Of a DNA stretch of 64,000 bases, positions 11,946 through 24,515 are shown piece by piece. This DNA comes from Camelus ferus (taxonomy: Eukaryota): contig NC_045696.1 of NCBI RefSeq assembly GCF_009834535.1, forward strand, positions 74,526,001 through 74,590,000, read 5' to 3'. Numbering within the stretch: the first letter of the stretch is position 1; each line of letters opens with the position of its first letter. The translations under genes were made by a program, and so were the position numbers. The notes under the pieces were generated by a model, which had not been told where the DNA came from, searched no databases, and saw only the letters and a program-made list of their open reading frames with translations.

Positions 11946-14900
11946 CAGAAGTTGCAAATTCAGTTACCTTCAGGAGCGAGGCAGGAAAAGTCATGATCTG
12001 GTGATGACAGTGATGAAGTGGAAACCATGTGTACCACCCGAGAATTACTGCTTCTAGACATGTGGGCTTGATATTAACAGATCTTTATGGAATTTCTGAA
12101 ATCTGAGGGTTTTTTATTTGAAGTATAGTTGATTTATAATGTTGTTAATGTCTGTTGTACAGCAAAGTGATTCAGTTATATATATTCTTTTTCAGATTCT
12201 TTTCCATTATAGGTTGTTACAAGATACTGAATATAGTTCCTTGTGCTATACAGTAGGATCTTGTTTATCTATCTTATACATATTATTGTGTATCTGTAAA
12301 TCCCAAACTCCTAATTTATACCTCCCCACCACCCTTTCTCCTTTGGTAACTATAAGTTTGTTTTCTATGCCTGTGAGTCTATTTCTGGATTGTAAATAAA
12401 TTCATCTGTATCATTTTTTTAGGTTCTACATATAAGTGATATCAAATGATATTGGTCTTTCTCTGCTGACTAACTTCACATAGTATGATAATCTCTATGT
12501 CCATCCATGCTGCTACAAATGGCATTATTTCATTCTTTTTTACAGCTGAGTAATATTCCATTATATATATATATGCCACATCATTATCCATTCATCTGTT
12601 GATGGAAACTTAGGCTGCTTCCATGTCATGGCTATTGTAAATATGCTACTTGAACATTGAGGTGCCTTATCTTTTCAAATTAGAGTTTTCTCCAGATAAA
12701 TGCCCAGGAGTGGGATTCCTGGATTATATGGTAACATTTTTATTTTTTAAGGAACCTCCATACTGTTCTTCACAGTAGCTGCACCAAATTACATTCCCAC
12801 CAACAGTGTAGGAGGGTTTCCATTTCTCCACACCATCTCCAGCATTTATTATTTGTAGACATTTTGATATGGCCATTCTGACTGGTGTGAGGTGATAGCT
12901 CATTGTAGTTTTGGGGGCTTTTTGTTTTTTCAGAAGCAACACATATTTCTCAGTTATGGGGGCTTCTGATTATAGCTTTGATTTGCATTTCTCTAATAAT
13001 TGGAGATATTGAGCATCTTTTCATGTGCCTGCTGTGGTCATCTGTATGTCATCTTTGGAGAAATGTCTGTTTAGGTCTTCTGCCCATTTTTTGATTGGAT
13101 TGTTTGGTATTTTTTGACATTGAGCTATATGAGTTGTTTGTATATTTTGGAAATTAATCTCTGGTCACATAATTTGAATATTTTCTCCCATTCCATAGTT
13201 TATCTTTCCATTTTGTTGGTGGCTTCATTTGCTGTATAAAAGTTTTTAAGTTTAATTAGGTCCATTTGTTTATTTTTGCTTTTATTTCCATTACTCTAAG
13301 AGATGGATCCAAGAAAATATTGCTGTGATTTACATCAGAGTGTTCTGCCTATGTTTTCCTCTAGGAATTTTATAGTCTCTGGTCTTACATTTAGGTCTTT
13401 AATCCATTTTTAGTTTATTTTTGTATATAGTGTTAGAGAATAATCTAATTTCATTCTTTACATGTCACTGTCCAGTTTTCCCAGCACCACTTATGACTGT
13501 CTTTTCTCCATTGTATATTCTTGCCTCCTTTCTTGTAGATTAATTGACCATAAGTACATGGGTTTATTTCTGGACTTTGTATCCTGTTTCATTGATCTGT
13601 TTCTGTGCCAGTACCATGCTGTTTTGATTACTGTAGCTTTGTAGTATAGTCTGAAATCAAGAGCCTGATTCCTCCAGCTCCAATCATATTTCTTAAGGTT
13701 GCTTTGGCTATTCAGGGTCTTTTGTATTTCCATACAAATTTAAAATTTTTTCATTCTAGTTCTGTGAAAAAATGTCATTGGTAATTTAATAGGGACTGCA
13801 TTGAATCTGTAGACTACCTTGGGTAATATGGTCATTTTAACAGTATTCTTCCATTCCAAGAACACTGTATATCTTTCCATCTGTTTGTGTTGCCTTCAAT
13901 TTCTTTCATCAACATCTTATAGTTTTCTGAGTACATATCTTTTGCCTCCTTAAGTAGCTTTATTCCTAGGTATTTTATTCTTTTGATGTGATGGCAAATG
14001 GGATTGTTTCCTTAATTTCTCTTTATGATATTTTATCATTAGTGTATAAAAATGAAATAGATTTGTGTGTATTAATTTTGTATCCTGCAATTTTACCAAA
14101 TTCATTGATGAGCTCTAGTAGTTTTCTGGTGACTTCTTTAGGATTTTCTATATATAGTATCATGTCAACTGCAAATAGTTACAGTTCTACTTCCTTTACA
14201 ATATGGATTCCTTTTATTTCATTTTATTCTGATTGCTGTGGCTAGGACTTCCAAAAGTATATTGACTAAAAGTGGTAAGAGTGGGCATCCTTGTCTTGTT
14301 CCTGATCTTAGGGGGAATTCTTTCAGCTTTTCACCATTGAGTATGATGTTACCTGTGGGTTTGTCATATACAACCTTTATAATGTTAACATAGGTTCTCT
14401 CAATGCCACTTTCTGGAGAGTATTTTTCATCATAAACGGATGTTGAATTTTATCAGAAGCCTTTTCTGCATCTTTTGAGATGATCATATGATCTTTATTC
14501 TTCAGTGTGTTAATGTGGTATATCATCTTGATTGATTTGCAGATATTGAAAAATCTTTGCATCCTTGGGATAAAACCCACTTGACCATAGTGCATGATCC
14601 TTTCACTGTATTGATGGGGTTGGTTTGCTAGTATTTTGTTGAGGATTTTTGTACTATGTTCATCAGTGATATTGGCCTGTAATTTTCTTTTTTGTGTGGT
14701 ATCTTTGTCTGGTTTTGGTATCAGGGTGATGGTGACCTCATAGAATGAGTTTAGAAGTGTTCCTTCCTTTGCAATTTTTTGGAGTTTCAGAAGGATAGGC
14801 ATTAACTCTTCTCTAAATGTCTGGTAGAATTCACCTGTGAAGTCATCTGGTCCTGAACTTTTGTTTGTTGGGAGTTTTTAAATTACTGATTTGATTTCAG

Positions 14901-17900
14901 TAATTCTGTTTATATTTTCTATTTCTTCCTGGTTCAGTCTTGGGAGATTGTACCTTTCTAAGAATTTGTCCATTTCTTCTAGGTTGTCCATTTTATTGGC
15001 ATATAGTTTCTCAATGTAGTCTCTTATGATCCTTTGTATTTCTGTGGTGTCAAATACCACTTCTCCTTTTTCATTTCTGATTTTATTGACTTGGCCCTCT
15101 ACCTTTTTTTCTTGATGAGTCTGGCTAAATTTTCATTGATTTTGTTTATCTTTTCAAAGAACCAGCTTTTTGTTTCATTGATCTTTTCTAATTTTTTTAG
15201 CCTCTATTTCATTTATTTCTGCTCTAATCTTTATGATTTCTTTCCTTCTACTAACTTTGGGTTTTATTTGTTCTTTCTCTAGTTCCTTTAGTGTGTAAGG
15301 TCAGGTTGTTTATTTGAGATTTTTTCTTATTTCCTGAGGTAAGCTTGTATCACTGTAAACTTCCTTCTTAGAACTACTTTTGCTGAATTTCAAGATTTTG
15401 AATCATCATGCTTTTGTTTTCATTTGTCTCTAAGTTTTTTTTTTTTTAATTTCCTCTTTGATTTCCTTTGTGATCCATTGGTTGTTTAGTAGCATATTGT
15501 TTAGCCCCCACGTGTTTGTGGGTTTTGCAGTTTTCTTCTTGTACTTGATTTCTAGTCTCATAACATTGTGGTTGGAAAAGATGCTTGATATGATTTCAGT
15601 TTCTTCAATTTACTGAGGCTTGTTTTGTGGCCTGGCATGTGATCTATCCTGGAGAATGTTCCATGTGCATTTGAAGATAATGTATATTCTGCTGCTTTCA
15701 GATGGAAGGCTCTATAAATATCAGTTAAGTCCATGTGGTCTAACATGTCATTTAAGGTCTGTGTTTCCTTACTGATTTTCTATCTGGATAATCTGTCCAT
15801 TGATATAAGTGGGTGTTAAAGTCCCCTACTGATATGTTACTGTTGATTTCTCCTTTTATGTCTGTTAGTATTTACCTTATATATTGCAGTGCTTCTATGT
15901 TGGGTGCATACATATTTACAATTGTTATATCTTCTTGGATTTATCCCTTGATCATTAGGTAGTGTCCTTCTCTGTCTCTTGTAACAGTCTCTATTTTAAG
16001 GTCATTTTGTCTGGTGTAAGTATTGGTACTCTGGCTTTCTTTTAATTTCTATTTGTGTGGAATACCTTTTCCCATCCACTTTCAATCTATATATGTCTGT
16101 AGATCTGAAGTGAGTCTTGTAGACAGCATATGTATGGTTCTTGCTTTTGTATCCATTCAGCTAGTCTTTTGGTTGGAACATTTAGTCCATTTACATTTAA
16201 AGTAATTATCAATAAATATGTTCATATTGCCATTTTGTTCATTGTTTTGGATTTGTTTTTCTCGGTCTCCACCATCCCCACCTTTCTTCTTTTGTCTTCT
16301 TCCCTTGTGATTTGGTGTCTGTATTTAGTGTTATGTTTGGATTCCTTTCTCTTTTTTGTGTGTGTTTCTCTTACAGGTTTTTGGTTTGCAGTTACCATGA
16401 GGTTTTTTGTATACCAGTCTATATATATACATGATTGTTTTAAGTTGCTGATCTCTTAATTTTAAATGATTTTTAAAACCCTGCATTTGTACTCTTTTCC
16501 CCTCACAATTACTGTTTTTGTGTTATATTTTACAACTAATTATTTTGTGTATCCCTTAACTACTTATTGTAGATATAGATGATTTTACTACTTTCGTCTT
16601 TTAAACTCTTTACTGGCTTTGTGTGTGGATGATTTCCTACCTTTATTGTATATTTGCCTTTACCAGTGAGCTTTTTCATTTTGTAATTTTCTTGTTTCTA
16701 GTTGTGGCCTTTTCTTTTCCACCTAAAGAAGTTCCTTTAACATTTGTTGTATAGCTGGTTTGGTGGTGCTGAATTCTTTTAGCTTTCGCTTGTCTGTAAA
16801 GCTTTTGATTTCTCCATCAACTCTGAAAGAGAACATAACTGGGTAGAGTATTTTTGGTTGTAGGTTTTTCCCTTTCATCACTTTAAATATATCGTGCCAC
16901 TCCCCTCTGGTCTACACAGTTTCTGCTGAAAAGTCAGCTGATAACCTTATGGGAGTTCCTTGTATGTTATTTGTTGCTTACCTTGCTGATTTTAATAGTC
17001 TCCCTTTATCTTTAATTTTTGTCAGTTTGATTACATTGTATCTTGGTGTGTTTCTCTTTGGGTTAATCACATATGGGACCCTCTGCACTATCTGGACTTG
17101 GGTGACTATTTCCTTTCCCAGGTTAGGGATGTTTTCAGCTATTTTCTCTTCAAATATTTTATCAGGCCCTTTCTCTCTCTCTTCTCCTTCTGGGACCTCT
17201 ACAATGCAAATATTAGTGCACTTGGTGTTGTCCCAGAGGTCTCTTACACTGTCCTCATTTCTCCTCATTCTTTATTTTTTATGTTCAGCAACAGTGATTT
17301 TCACTACTATCTTCCAGCTCACTGATCTGTAGTTCTGTATCATTTGGTCTTCTATTGATTCCTTCTAATGTATTTTTCATTCTTCATCTCTGTTTGATTG
17401 TTCTTTATATTTTCTAACTCTTTGTTGAAAACTTCTAACTTCTTGCTCTTTACATCCATTTTCCTCCCAAGTTCTTTGATCATCTTTATGATCATTACTT
17501 AGGCAATCTACTGAAGAAAGAATTCTGTCTCCACCTTGCTTAGTTCTTCTTCTAGGGTTTTATCTTGTTCCTCTGTCTGGAACATATTCCTCTGACATCT
17601 CATTTTGTCTAAGTTGCTATTTGTTTTTTTTTCTGTATATGGTAGGTTAGTTATGTTTTTTCAACCTTGGAGAGGTGGCCTTCTGTAGGAGACATCCTAT
17701 GCATTCCAGCAGTGCACTGCCCTCTCATCACTCAAGCTATATGATCTAGGCTTGTCTAGAGGCTTGTACAGGCTTCCTGGTGTGAAGGTCTGGCGCCTAC
17801 CCATTGGTGGGTGGAGCTGAGTCTTGGCCCTCTGGTGGATGGGGCCATGTCTAGAGGCATGTGTAGAGGCAGCTGTGCACTCAGGAAGTGTTTAGGCAGC

Positions 17901-18726
17901 CTGTCTGCTGATGAGTGAGGCTATGTCCCTGCCTAGTTAGGTGTTTGGTTCGAGGTATCACAGCACTGGCAGCTCCAGGCTGTTGAGTGGGGCCAGGTCT
18001 TGATGCTAATAAGCCAAGTGACAGCCACCAGCAGCAGTGTTCACACATTTGAGTGATCCCCAATATGTCTACCACTTGTGTGTACATCCCCAGGGTGAGC
18101 CACAGCCACACCCTGACACTCCAGGAGACCCTCCAAGGCCAGCTGGTAGGTCTGGCCCAGGCGCCTATCAAATTACTGCTTTTGCCCTGGGTTCCAGCGC
18201 ATGAGATTTTGTGTGGCCCTTCAAGAGTGAAGTCTATTTCCCCCAGTCCTGCAGGCTTCATACAGTCAAGCCCCACTGGCCTTCAAAGCCTAATGCTGTG
18301 GGAGATCCTCTTCCTCATGCCAGATGCTCTGGCTGGGGAGCCTGATGTGGGGCTCAGAACTCTCAATCCTGTGGGAGAACCTCTGTAATATAAATATTCT
18401 CCAGTTTTTGAATTGCCCACAGCAGCTATGGGATTTGATTATATCATGGGTCCACCCCTGCAGCTCACCTTGTTGTGGCTGCTTTTTGTCTTTATTGTTG
18501 AAGATCTTTCCTGGTAGGTTCTAGTCTTTTTCATTGATGCTGGTTCTGCAGATAGTTGTGATGTTGGTGTGCTCTTGAGAGGAGTTGAGCTCAGGGTCTT
18601 TCTACTCCACCATCTTGGTCGCTGTCCTGAAATCTGGGTTTTGGTGTGGAATTTCACATTCAGGATGAGGGGAAAAACATGATTCTTGGCTTGACCTGGC
18701 TATAGGCCACCAGTTTGCAGCCTCTG
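11946..18726 (-). mobile_element. MER102-like hAT MITE, split by the L1 into 11946-~12109 and 18627-18726
   Basis: TIRs CAGAAGTTGCAAA (11946) and TTTGCAGCCTCTG (ending 18726). Confidence 0.65.
12110..18626 (-). mobile_element. Full-length (~6.5 kb) decayed LINE-1: 5' UTR ~17604-18626, ORF1 ~16723-17603, ORF2 ~12430-16233, 3' UTR
   Basis: 5' end reads ...accaagatggtggagtag. ORF1 remnant RDLWDNTKCTNICIVEVPEGEEREKG. ORF2 start MAI*TYLLIITLNVNGLN and RT remnants ([30 protein letters not shown]). TSD core CTGAAATCTG at 12096-12105 and 18627-18636. Many stops and frameshifts. Confidence 0.95.
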
Positions 18727-18900
18727 GTCTAACCTAAAGTTTCTCAAGCTCATTTGACCACAGAACTCTTTGTTTCTAGAACACTTTTTGAGGAAATGCT
18801 ACATTACATCACTAGCCTGCCAACCCTTTGAGGAAGCCCCATCATAAGGTCCCTTGTCTACACCTGGTTTTCCTCTTCTCCAGTCCTCTGACCTAAAGTA

Positions 18901-19428
18901 TGTTCCAGTTACTCTGCATGTGTAATAAATTACTCCAGCACTTGTGGCTTAAAAACAGCAATATTTATTTCACTTGGATATATGTAATTTGGGTAGCGTT
19001 CAGAGAGGATGGCTCACCTTTGTTCCACTAGGTGGCTTGAAGGCTGCCGGCCATGGCAAGGGGTGGGAATCATCTGAAGGCACTCTCGCTCATATGTCAG
19101 AAGCCTTATCCTCATAGTAACCTGAGACCTCAGTGTGACAGATGGCTAAAACACGTGGCCTTTCTTTGAGTTGTGGCCTTCCTTCCAACATGGCAACTAG
19201 ATTCCAAAGGTCAGTGGCTGGAGAGAAAGAGAAAGAGAGGTAGAAGTTACATCACCGCTTAGGATTTAGCCTCAAAAGTCACACCAGTTCACTAACATTG
19301 CATTCTCTTTGTTAAAGCCAAGTGTTCAAAGGCAGGGCAATATACTCCACCTTTTAATGGAGTGTGGCAAAGTTCCGATGGGGGACCAGAAATAACACTG
19401 AGGCCATTTTTGGAAGATTCAGTCAGCC
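18901..19428 (-). mobile_element. MaLR LTR (MLT1F-like)
   Basis: tgtaataaattactcc...gtggcttaaaaacagca...gaggccatttttggaag. Confidence 0.7.
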
Positions 19429-19842
19429 CTAAAAAGAAAGGATGGAATATCTTGAATTCCAGATCTTTTGTTTACCAATAATAGTGTGATTTTGATCAAG
19501 TAATTTTATCTCTTTTTGCAACATTTGTTCACCCTCTCCTGAACTAGTTACCTCTATTTTAATTGTATCATTGAACAGTGACCTTCTTAAGAGTAGGTGT
19601 TTTGACCTTCCACATTTAGATGTGATGTTTTGTTTTGTTTTAATACTGCTGTGATGCAAACACAAACATATAGTTTTGGGTTAGCAAATATTTCTCACAT
19701 CTTATTTTATAAAACTGGTAGGGAGTTTCCCAGTAACCTTCCCCACTTGCAGACATGGCTAAAGGAGAAAACCCCTGGAACTGAGTTACATTGCTTGCAG
19801 TTCACTGTTGCTCCGAGCCTGTCTCAGCCTGTCTGTAAGCAG

Positions 19843-20349
19843 TGTTGTGGCTGGGCTGGCCCTTGTGCTTCTTATTATGATTGCAAGATGCCCTCAGCAA
19901 GACCCATCAGGAAACTCTAAAAGAAAAATAAAGGTTTATTACTTACAGGTCCTGGAAATTACGTGGCACACCTGGGGCCACACAGCAAAGTCACAGGTAG
20001 AGAGCGAGAAATAGTACAAATGTGGGCCCAAGGTTCTCCTTTCATTGGGGTGGAGAGTCGGGGCCTAGGGCTTCAAGTGCTCACCCTGTACTGGTGAATT
20101 TAAAACATGACAGTGGGAATTTAAAGCTCAGGAAGAGAAAAAACACTCCTCCCAATGGTCAGTTATCGAAATCAACCAAGAACTCTAAAACAAAGGGGTC
20201 TTCATGGCTGGCCATGTGTTTATTCGAGATAGCGTTCTTTGAAGAGGATACCATCTTTGAAATGGGTGCCTCTTTGAAGCGGCAATCAAAGCTTAAGTCA
20301 GGCACTTGCATTACAGGAAGGAAAGCTAACTGTCAGGTATGACACTACA
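19843..20349 (-). mobile_element. Solo ERV LTR (family unassigned)
   Basis: TG...CA termini, minus-strand AATAAA (plus ggtttatt ~19933-19940), and a U5-like layout. Confidence 0.55.
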
Positions 20350-21390
20350 GCTATCCACCTGCCCCTTCCTTCATCACGTAGGCTGTGACTCACCGCATGG
20401 AGCATGAGACAAGGCTCACACCCAAGGGCCCTCCTCATCTCCCCACGCCCGGGGTAAAGCAGCCCTGTAGTCTCCTGCAGCTAACAGCCTGAACTGCAGC
20501 CGGAGGCCTGCAAGACATAAGCAGCCTCTGAGAAACTGGCCCTACAAGACCTTACTCCCAAAGTAGCAGCAAACCCCAGGCTTAGTCCCCAAACCCCATT
20601 CCAGGGCACCTTAAGAGCAGTTCTTTGTTGTGAATGCAAATACCAGCTGGAGCCACAAACAGAGATATCCTGTGAAATTCTGGTTCTGCAAAGGTGCTCA
20701 TTTGCTGATGAATATGCTAAAAGCCCTTTGAAAAGTGACCCCTGCCCATTTGGACAACAGATTTTGCTCATTGTGCTTTAATACTCCATTCCTCTCATTC
20801 CTTTGCCACTTGCAGGTGAAGAAGAATAGAAAGCAAAAAACAGGAAACTCTCTTAGATTATCTGTTTGAAATGACTCTTGGTTGCCTCTGACATCCTGCT
20901 CAAACCTTGTATTGAATTATTTCCAGCCTTCTGTGCCCTTTCCTCTCCTTCCCATCATTTCCAGTTTTTCCTCCCCACGTTCCTGCAGCCAACAGGCTGG
21001 CGTGTTGTTTGGTGAGAGCCTCAGGCTGTTTGCCCAGGTTCCTGCCAACATCAGCAGTGATGGCCGCCTCCATTAAACAGGGGAGCGTGTCTAACCCAGA
21101 GGCAACCGGAAAATCTGAGTGTTAGTACCAGTGTTTTTGTTCTTCATTTCCGAACCATACAGTTTACAATTTGTGGGACTGCGTCCTCTCTCTATTGTGG
21201 GAAATATTCTTTTTCATTTGCAATACAAAATAACATTAATTGCTGATTCCTTAGATCCTTTATGTTACAAATTCTAAGCACTTTATGTACTTGCTTCACT
21301 TAATCTGCACAATCACTCGAAGAGAACTTTTACATTTTACAGACCAGAAAACTGAGTTACAGAGGTGAACTAAATTGCCAAAGGTCCTGT

Positions 21391-22028
21391 TGATACAGGA
21401 AAAAGAATGTGAGGCGAGAGGATGGCCCTGTCCCAGGTCTTGGTTGAGTCCCTGGGAGGTGCCCCGCCAAGCATGGGTCCTTAGCTTCACGCAAGAAAGA
21501 ATTCAAAAACAAGACACAGTTGAGTAAAGGTAGACTTACTGAGAGAGATGCATACTCCATAGAGTGCAGGCTGTTTCAGAAGGCAGGAGAAAGGCCACAA
21601 GATGTGGGGCTTAGGTGCTCAGTTTAAAGTAAAAGTAGATACACACTCTGTGGACAGAGTGCAGGCCGTCTCACTCAAAAAGGGTTGTAAGTTTTCATGG
21701 GCTCAGTAACTTCATATGCTAACAAGTGGGAGGATTATTCTCAACTACTTTGAGGAAGGGGCTAGGATTCCCAGGAATTGGGCCACCACCCACTTTTTGA
21801 TCTTTCATGGTCAGTGTCAGGACTGTCATGGTGCCTGTGGGGGACTGTCATTTACCATGCTGATACATTATGATGAACTTATAATGAAGCTCAAGGTCTA
21901 CCAGAACTCAAACCTCCCCCCATCTTGGGCTTCAAGGCATGTTGGAAGTTGGATTTTCCACCACTGTGGTGTTAATAGCTGTGTCATTTCTTGAATGGCT
22001 GTGCCCTGCCCCCTTCCTTCCTGTCTCA
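21391..22028 (-). mobile_element. Solo ERV1-type LTR (MER41-like) inserted into a MIR
   Basis: Terminal inverted repeat TGATACAGGA / TCCTGTCTCA, 4-bp flanks ctgt/atgt, and MIR halves at ~21265-21387 and ~22033-22112. Confidence 0.8.
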
Positions 22029-24284
22029 ATGTGACAAAGAGACAAAGAGCCTAGTTAGGATTGCAGTCTGTTAAAGCTGATGCCAAAGCCCATCTGTTTT
22101 CCTCCCTATACTGTTCAGCTTGAGAAAAGGGCATACGTGGCAGATCCATTTCTTATCTCATAGGGATTTTACTCATTTTGCACCTCCCTGTTCGACTCAG
22201 TAAATCAATCCATTAATAACACTGTAAGCAAAGACACTCAGGGTCGTAAGAGACCATAGGTCAAACTTTTCTGTGAATCATCTGTACAGCACTCCTCACA
22301 TTGGTCATTGTGTCTCTGAAGACTTCTAACGTCAGGGAACCCATCCTTCTGAGGAGAAAGCAGCCCATTCCATTTTCAGACAGCTTCATGTTGTGTTTGA
22401 TAACTGTCTCCCTGGAACTGCCATTCATTCACCCTAATTCTGCTGTCTGCAAAAACAAGGCTGAACCGCTTGCTCTGCGCTCAGCACCCCTCTGAGCTTT
22501 GCTTTACCAGGCGAATTGCTTCATAAACAGGTTTACTCTTGCCCATCCACTCTTGCCTGAAGAGACTCCAGTTTGTTGGTGACCCTCACTACCTGGGACC
22601 CCCAGAGATGCACCCAGAGCTCAGACTAGTTCTGACCAATCACAGTTCTATCCTGTCCTTGATCAGGGTGCTGCACACGTTTGATTGCAGCCTCAGGTTG
22701 AATATGTTCTCTGGGCAGCTGCATGGAACCCTCAACTAATACTAAGTTGTCAGTCAACAGATGATGTGAGTGGGGACATGTTAGGCACTCTTCACCAGCT
22801 TGGGCTACCAGAGCCAGAGTGATGAGGTCCCTAAATCATGCACATAATTTTGCTTCAACAAAAATTATTTATTTTGGCAAATACTTTGTCCAGATTTCCA
22901 TAGTGATTTTCATTCCTCACCATGCAAGGGGTACTCTCTTTTCTTTTGCATACACAGAATGCGTTGGTTGGTTGGTTGGTTCTTGTTTTGTTTTGTTTTG
23001 TTTCAGTTTTGATCCAGTGACAGTTAATCAACGGATGTCTAAAGAGGCAAAAGGGAAGTCAGACTCCTCACAGGCAGAATTGACTTGTAATCTCACATTG
23101 ATCAGTTCCTTCACAACACAACCCCAGGATCTTTCTAATCAACAAATATGCTTGACCACAAAATTAAAAGGAACACTATTTTAACTCAAGAGTGACCAAA
23201 ATAGACTGGTGAATGGGAGCTGATAATATGCTGCTATCCCTTAAAAGTCCCTGGTTCTAAATTAAATTGCTTATTTTCTTATTCTTTATATCTTAATCAA
23301 TATTTAGTTTTGTCATCGTCCTTGTAGGAATTTTTATTTACTGGGTTTATAATCTAAAATTGAAAGGAAAATGTCAAATATACTTTTAGAAAAATGCTTT
23401 AAAATATAAATTTTAGAGATCAGTGAACAAGCTAGAAGCCCCTTTATTTAAAAAAAAAAAAAGGACAGATCCTGGACTAATCTCTCTCTTCTCCCTTATT
23501 CTGATCCTCTGAGGCAATCTACCCAAAGAAGCCTGAGCTATTGTCAAATGAACCCAGTCTTCTCACTTTACGAATGACAAGAAATGATGTACAGATGAGT
23601 TTAAATGACTTGCTCAAGCTCATAGGGATAATGGTGGTCTCTAGTACACGCCTCTCTTCTTCCAAACCACTGATCCAGAATATCAGTATTGAAAGCATTC
23701 AGAGAGGCAAGAGATTGCTCTAGCGTGTGGTCTTTGGAGAAAACATCATGGAGGAACTGAAACTGAAAAGATGTAAGCTTTTTTTTTTAAAAACCAAATC
23801 TTACTTTCTTACCAAAATAACACATGCTACCAATAGGAAATTTGGGAACTGCTGAAAAGTACAAGGAAAGATGACAGGGCAAGTGACTCCTAACCCCAGC
23901 CGAGGAGCACAGTACTTTCGGTGCATTTCTTTGGAGTCTTTTTTTCCTCACACATCATTTGTTGTTGTTTTCCATCATTGTGCTCATACTACATGACAAG
24001 AAACAGCATAACTCAAGGCGTTTTCCATATTACAATAAATGCTTCATAAATACCATTTTAATTGCTATATAACAGTCCATATTTGAAATAATCTTAACCT
24101 TGCTCTTATTTTTGAATAATTAGGTAGAAAGGAAAGATTTAAAGGCAGGGGAGAAAGGTATCTAGAAGAGGATATGTATATACAGAAAATTAAAACATCT
24201 GAATACTGACAGATGTTTGAGCTTTGAGATCGTAGGTAATTTTTGTTTCATTCTTTATATTTTTCTCAGTGGAACAAAAACACT

Positions 24285-24515
24285 GATAAGCACATCTACT
24301 TTCATTGAGCATTTACTACATACTTTATGCCATGGATATTTCTCATTTAGTCCTAATAATGATTAACCAAGATCATCACTAGCCCATCTTACATTTTAAG
24401 GATAAGGAAAATGAGACCTGGAGATGTTAAGGGACCTGCAAAAGGTCAGTGATAGAGTCTGAGTTGGTTCCTGGTCTTTATGAGGAGAATGCTTCTGTTC
24501 TTCACCACTATGCTA
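24285..24515 (-). mobile_element. MIR SINE
   Basis: cattgagcatttactac...gataaggaaaatgagacctggagatgttaagggacctgc. Confidence 0.75.

Larger units (their letters stand above)
11748..18801. mobile_element. Outer hAT-Charlie MITE (Charlie4z-like), split into 11748-11945 and 18727-18801 by nested insertions
   Basis: Terminal inverted repeats cagcattttccaa / ttgaggaaatgcta. The internal sequence reads continuously across the gap (aaagaaacctgctcacttttgtc...taacctaaagtttctcaagctcatttgaccacagaac). Confidence 0.6.

Noticed and set aside
1700..16230. dsRNA between the oppositely oriented L1 endonuclease regions in the same intron
   Set aside because: The two L1s are from very different subfamilies and too diverged, and they lie more than 10 kb apart.
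12430..17603. Active L1 ORF1/ORF2 coding sequences
   Set aside because: Numerous stops and frameshifts, including a stop at ORF2 codon 4. The longest open piece is ~141 aa.
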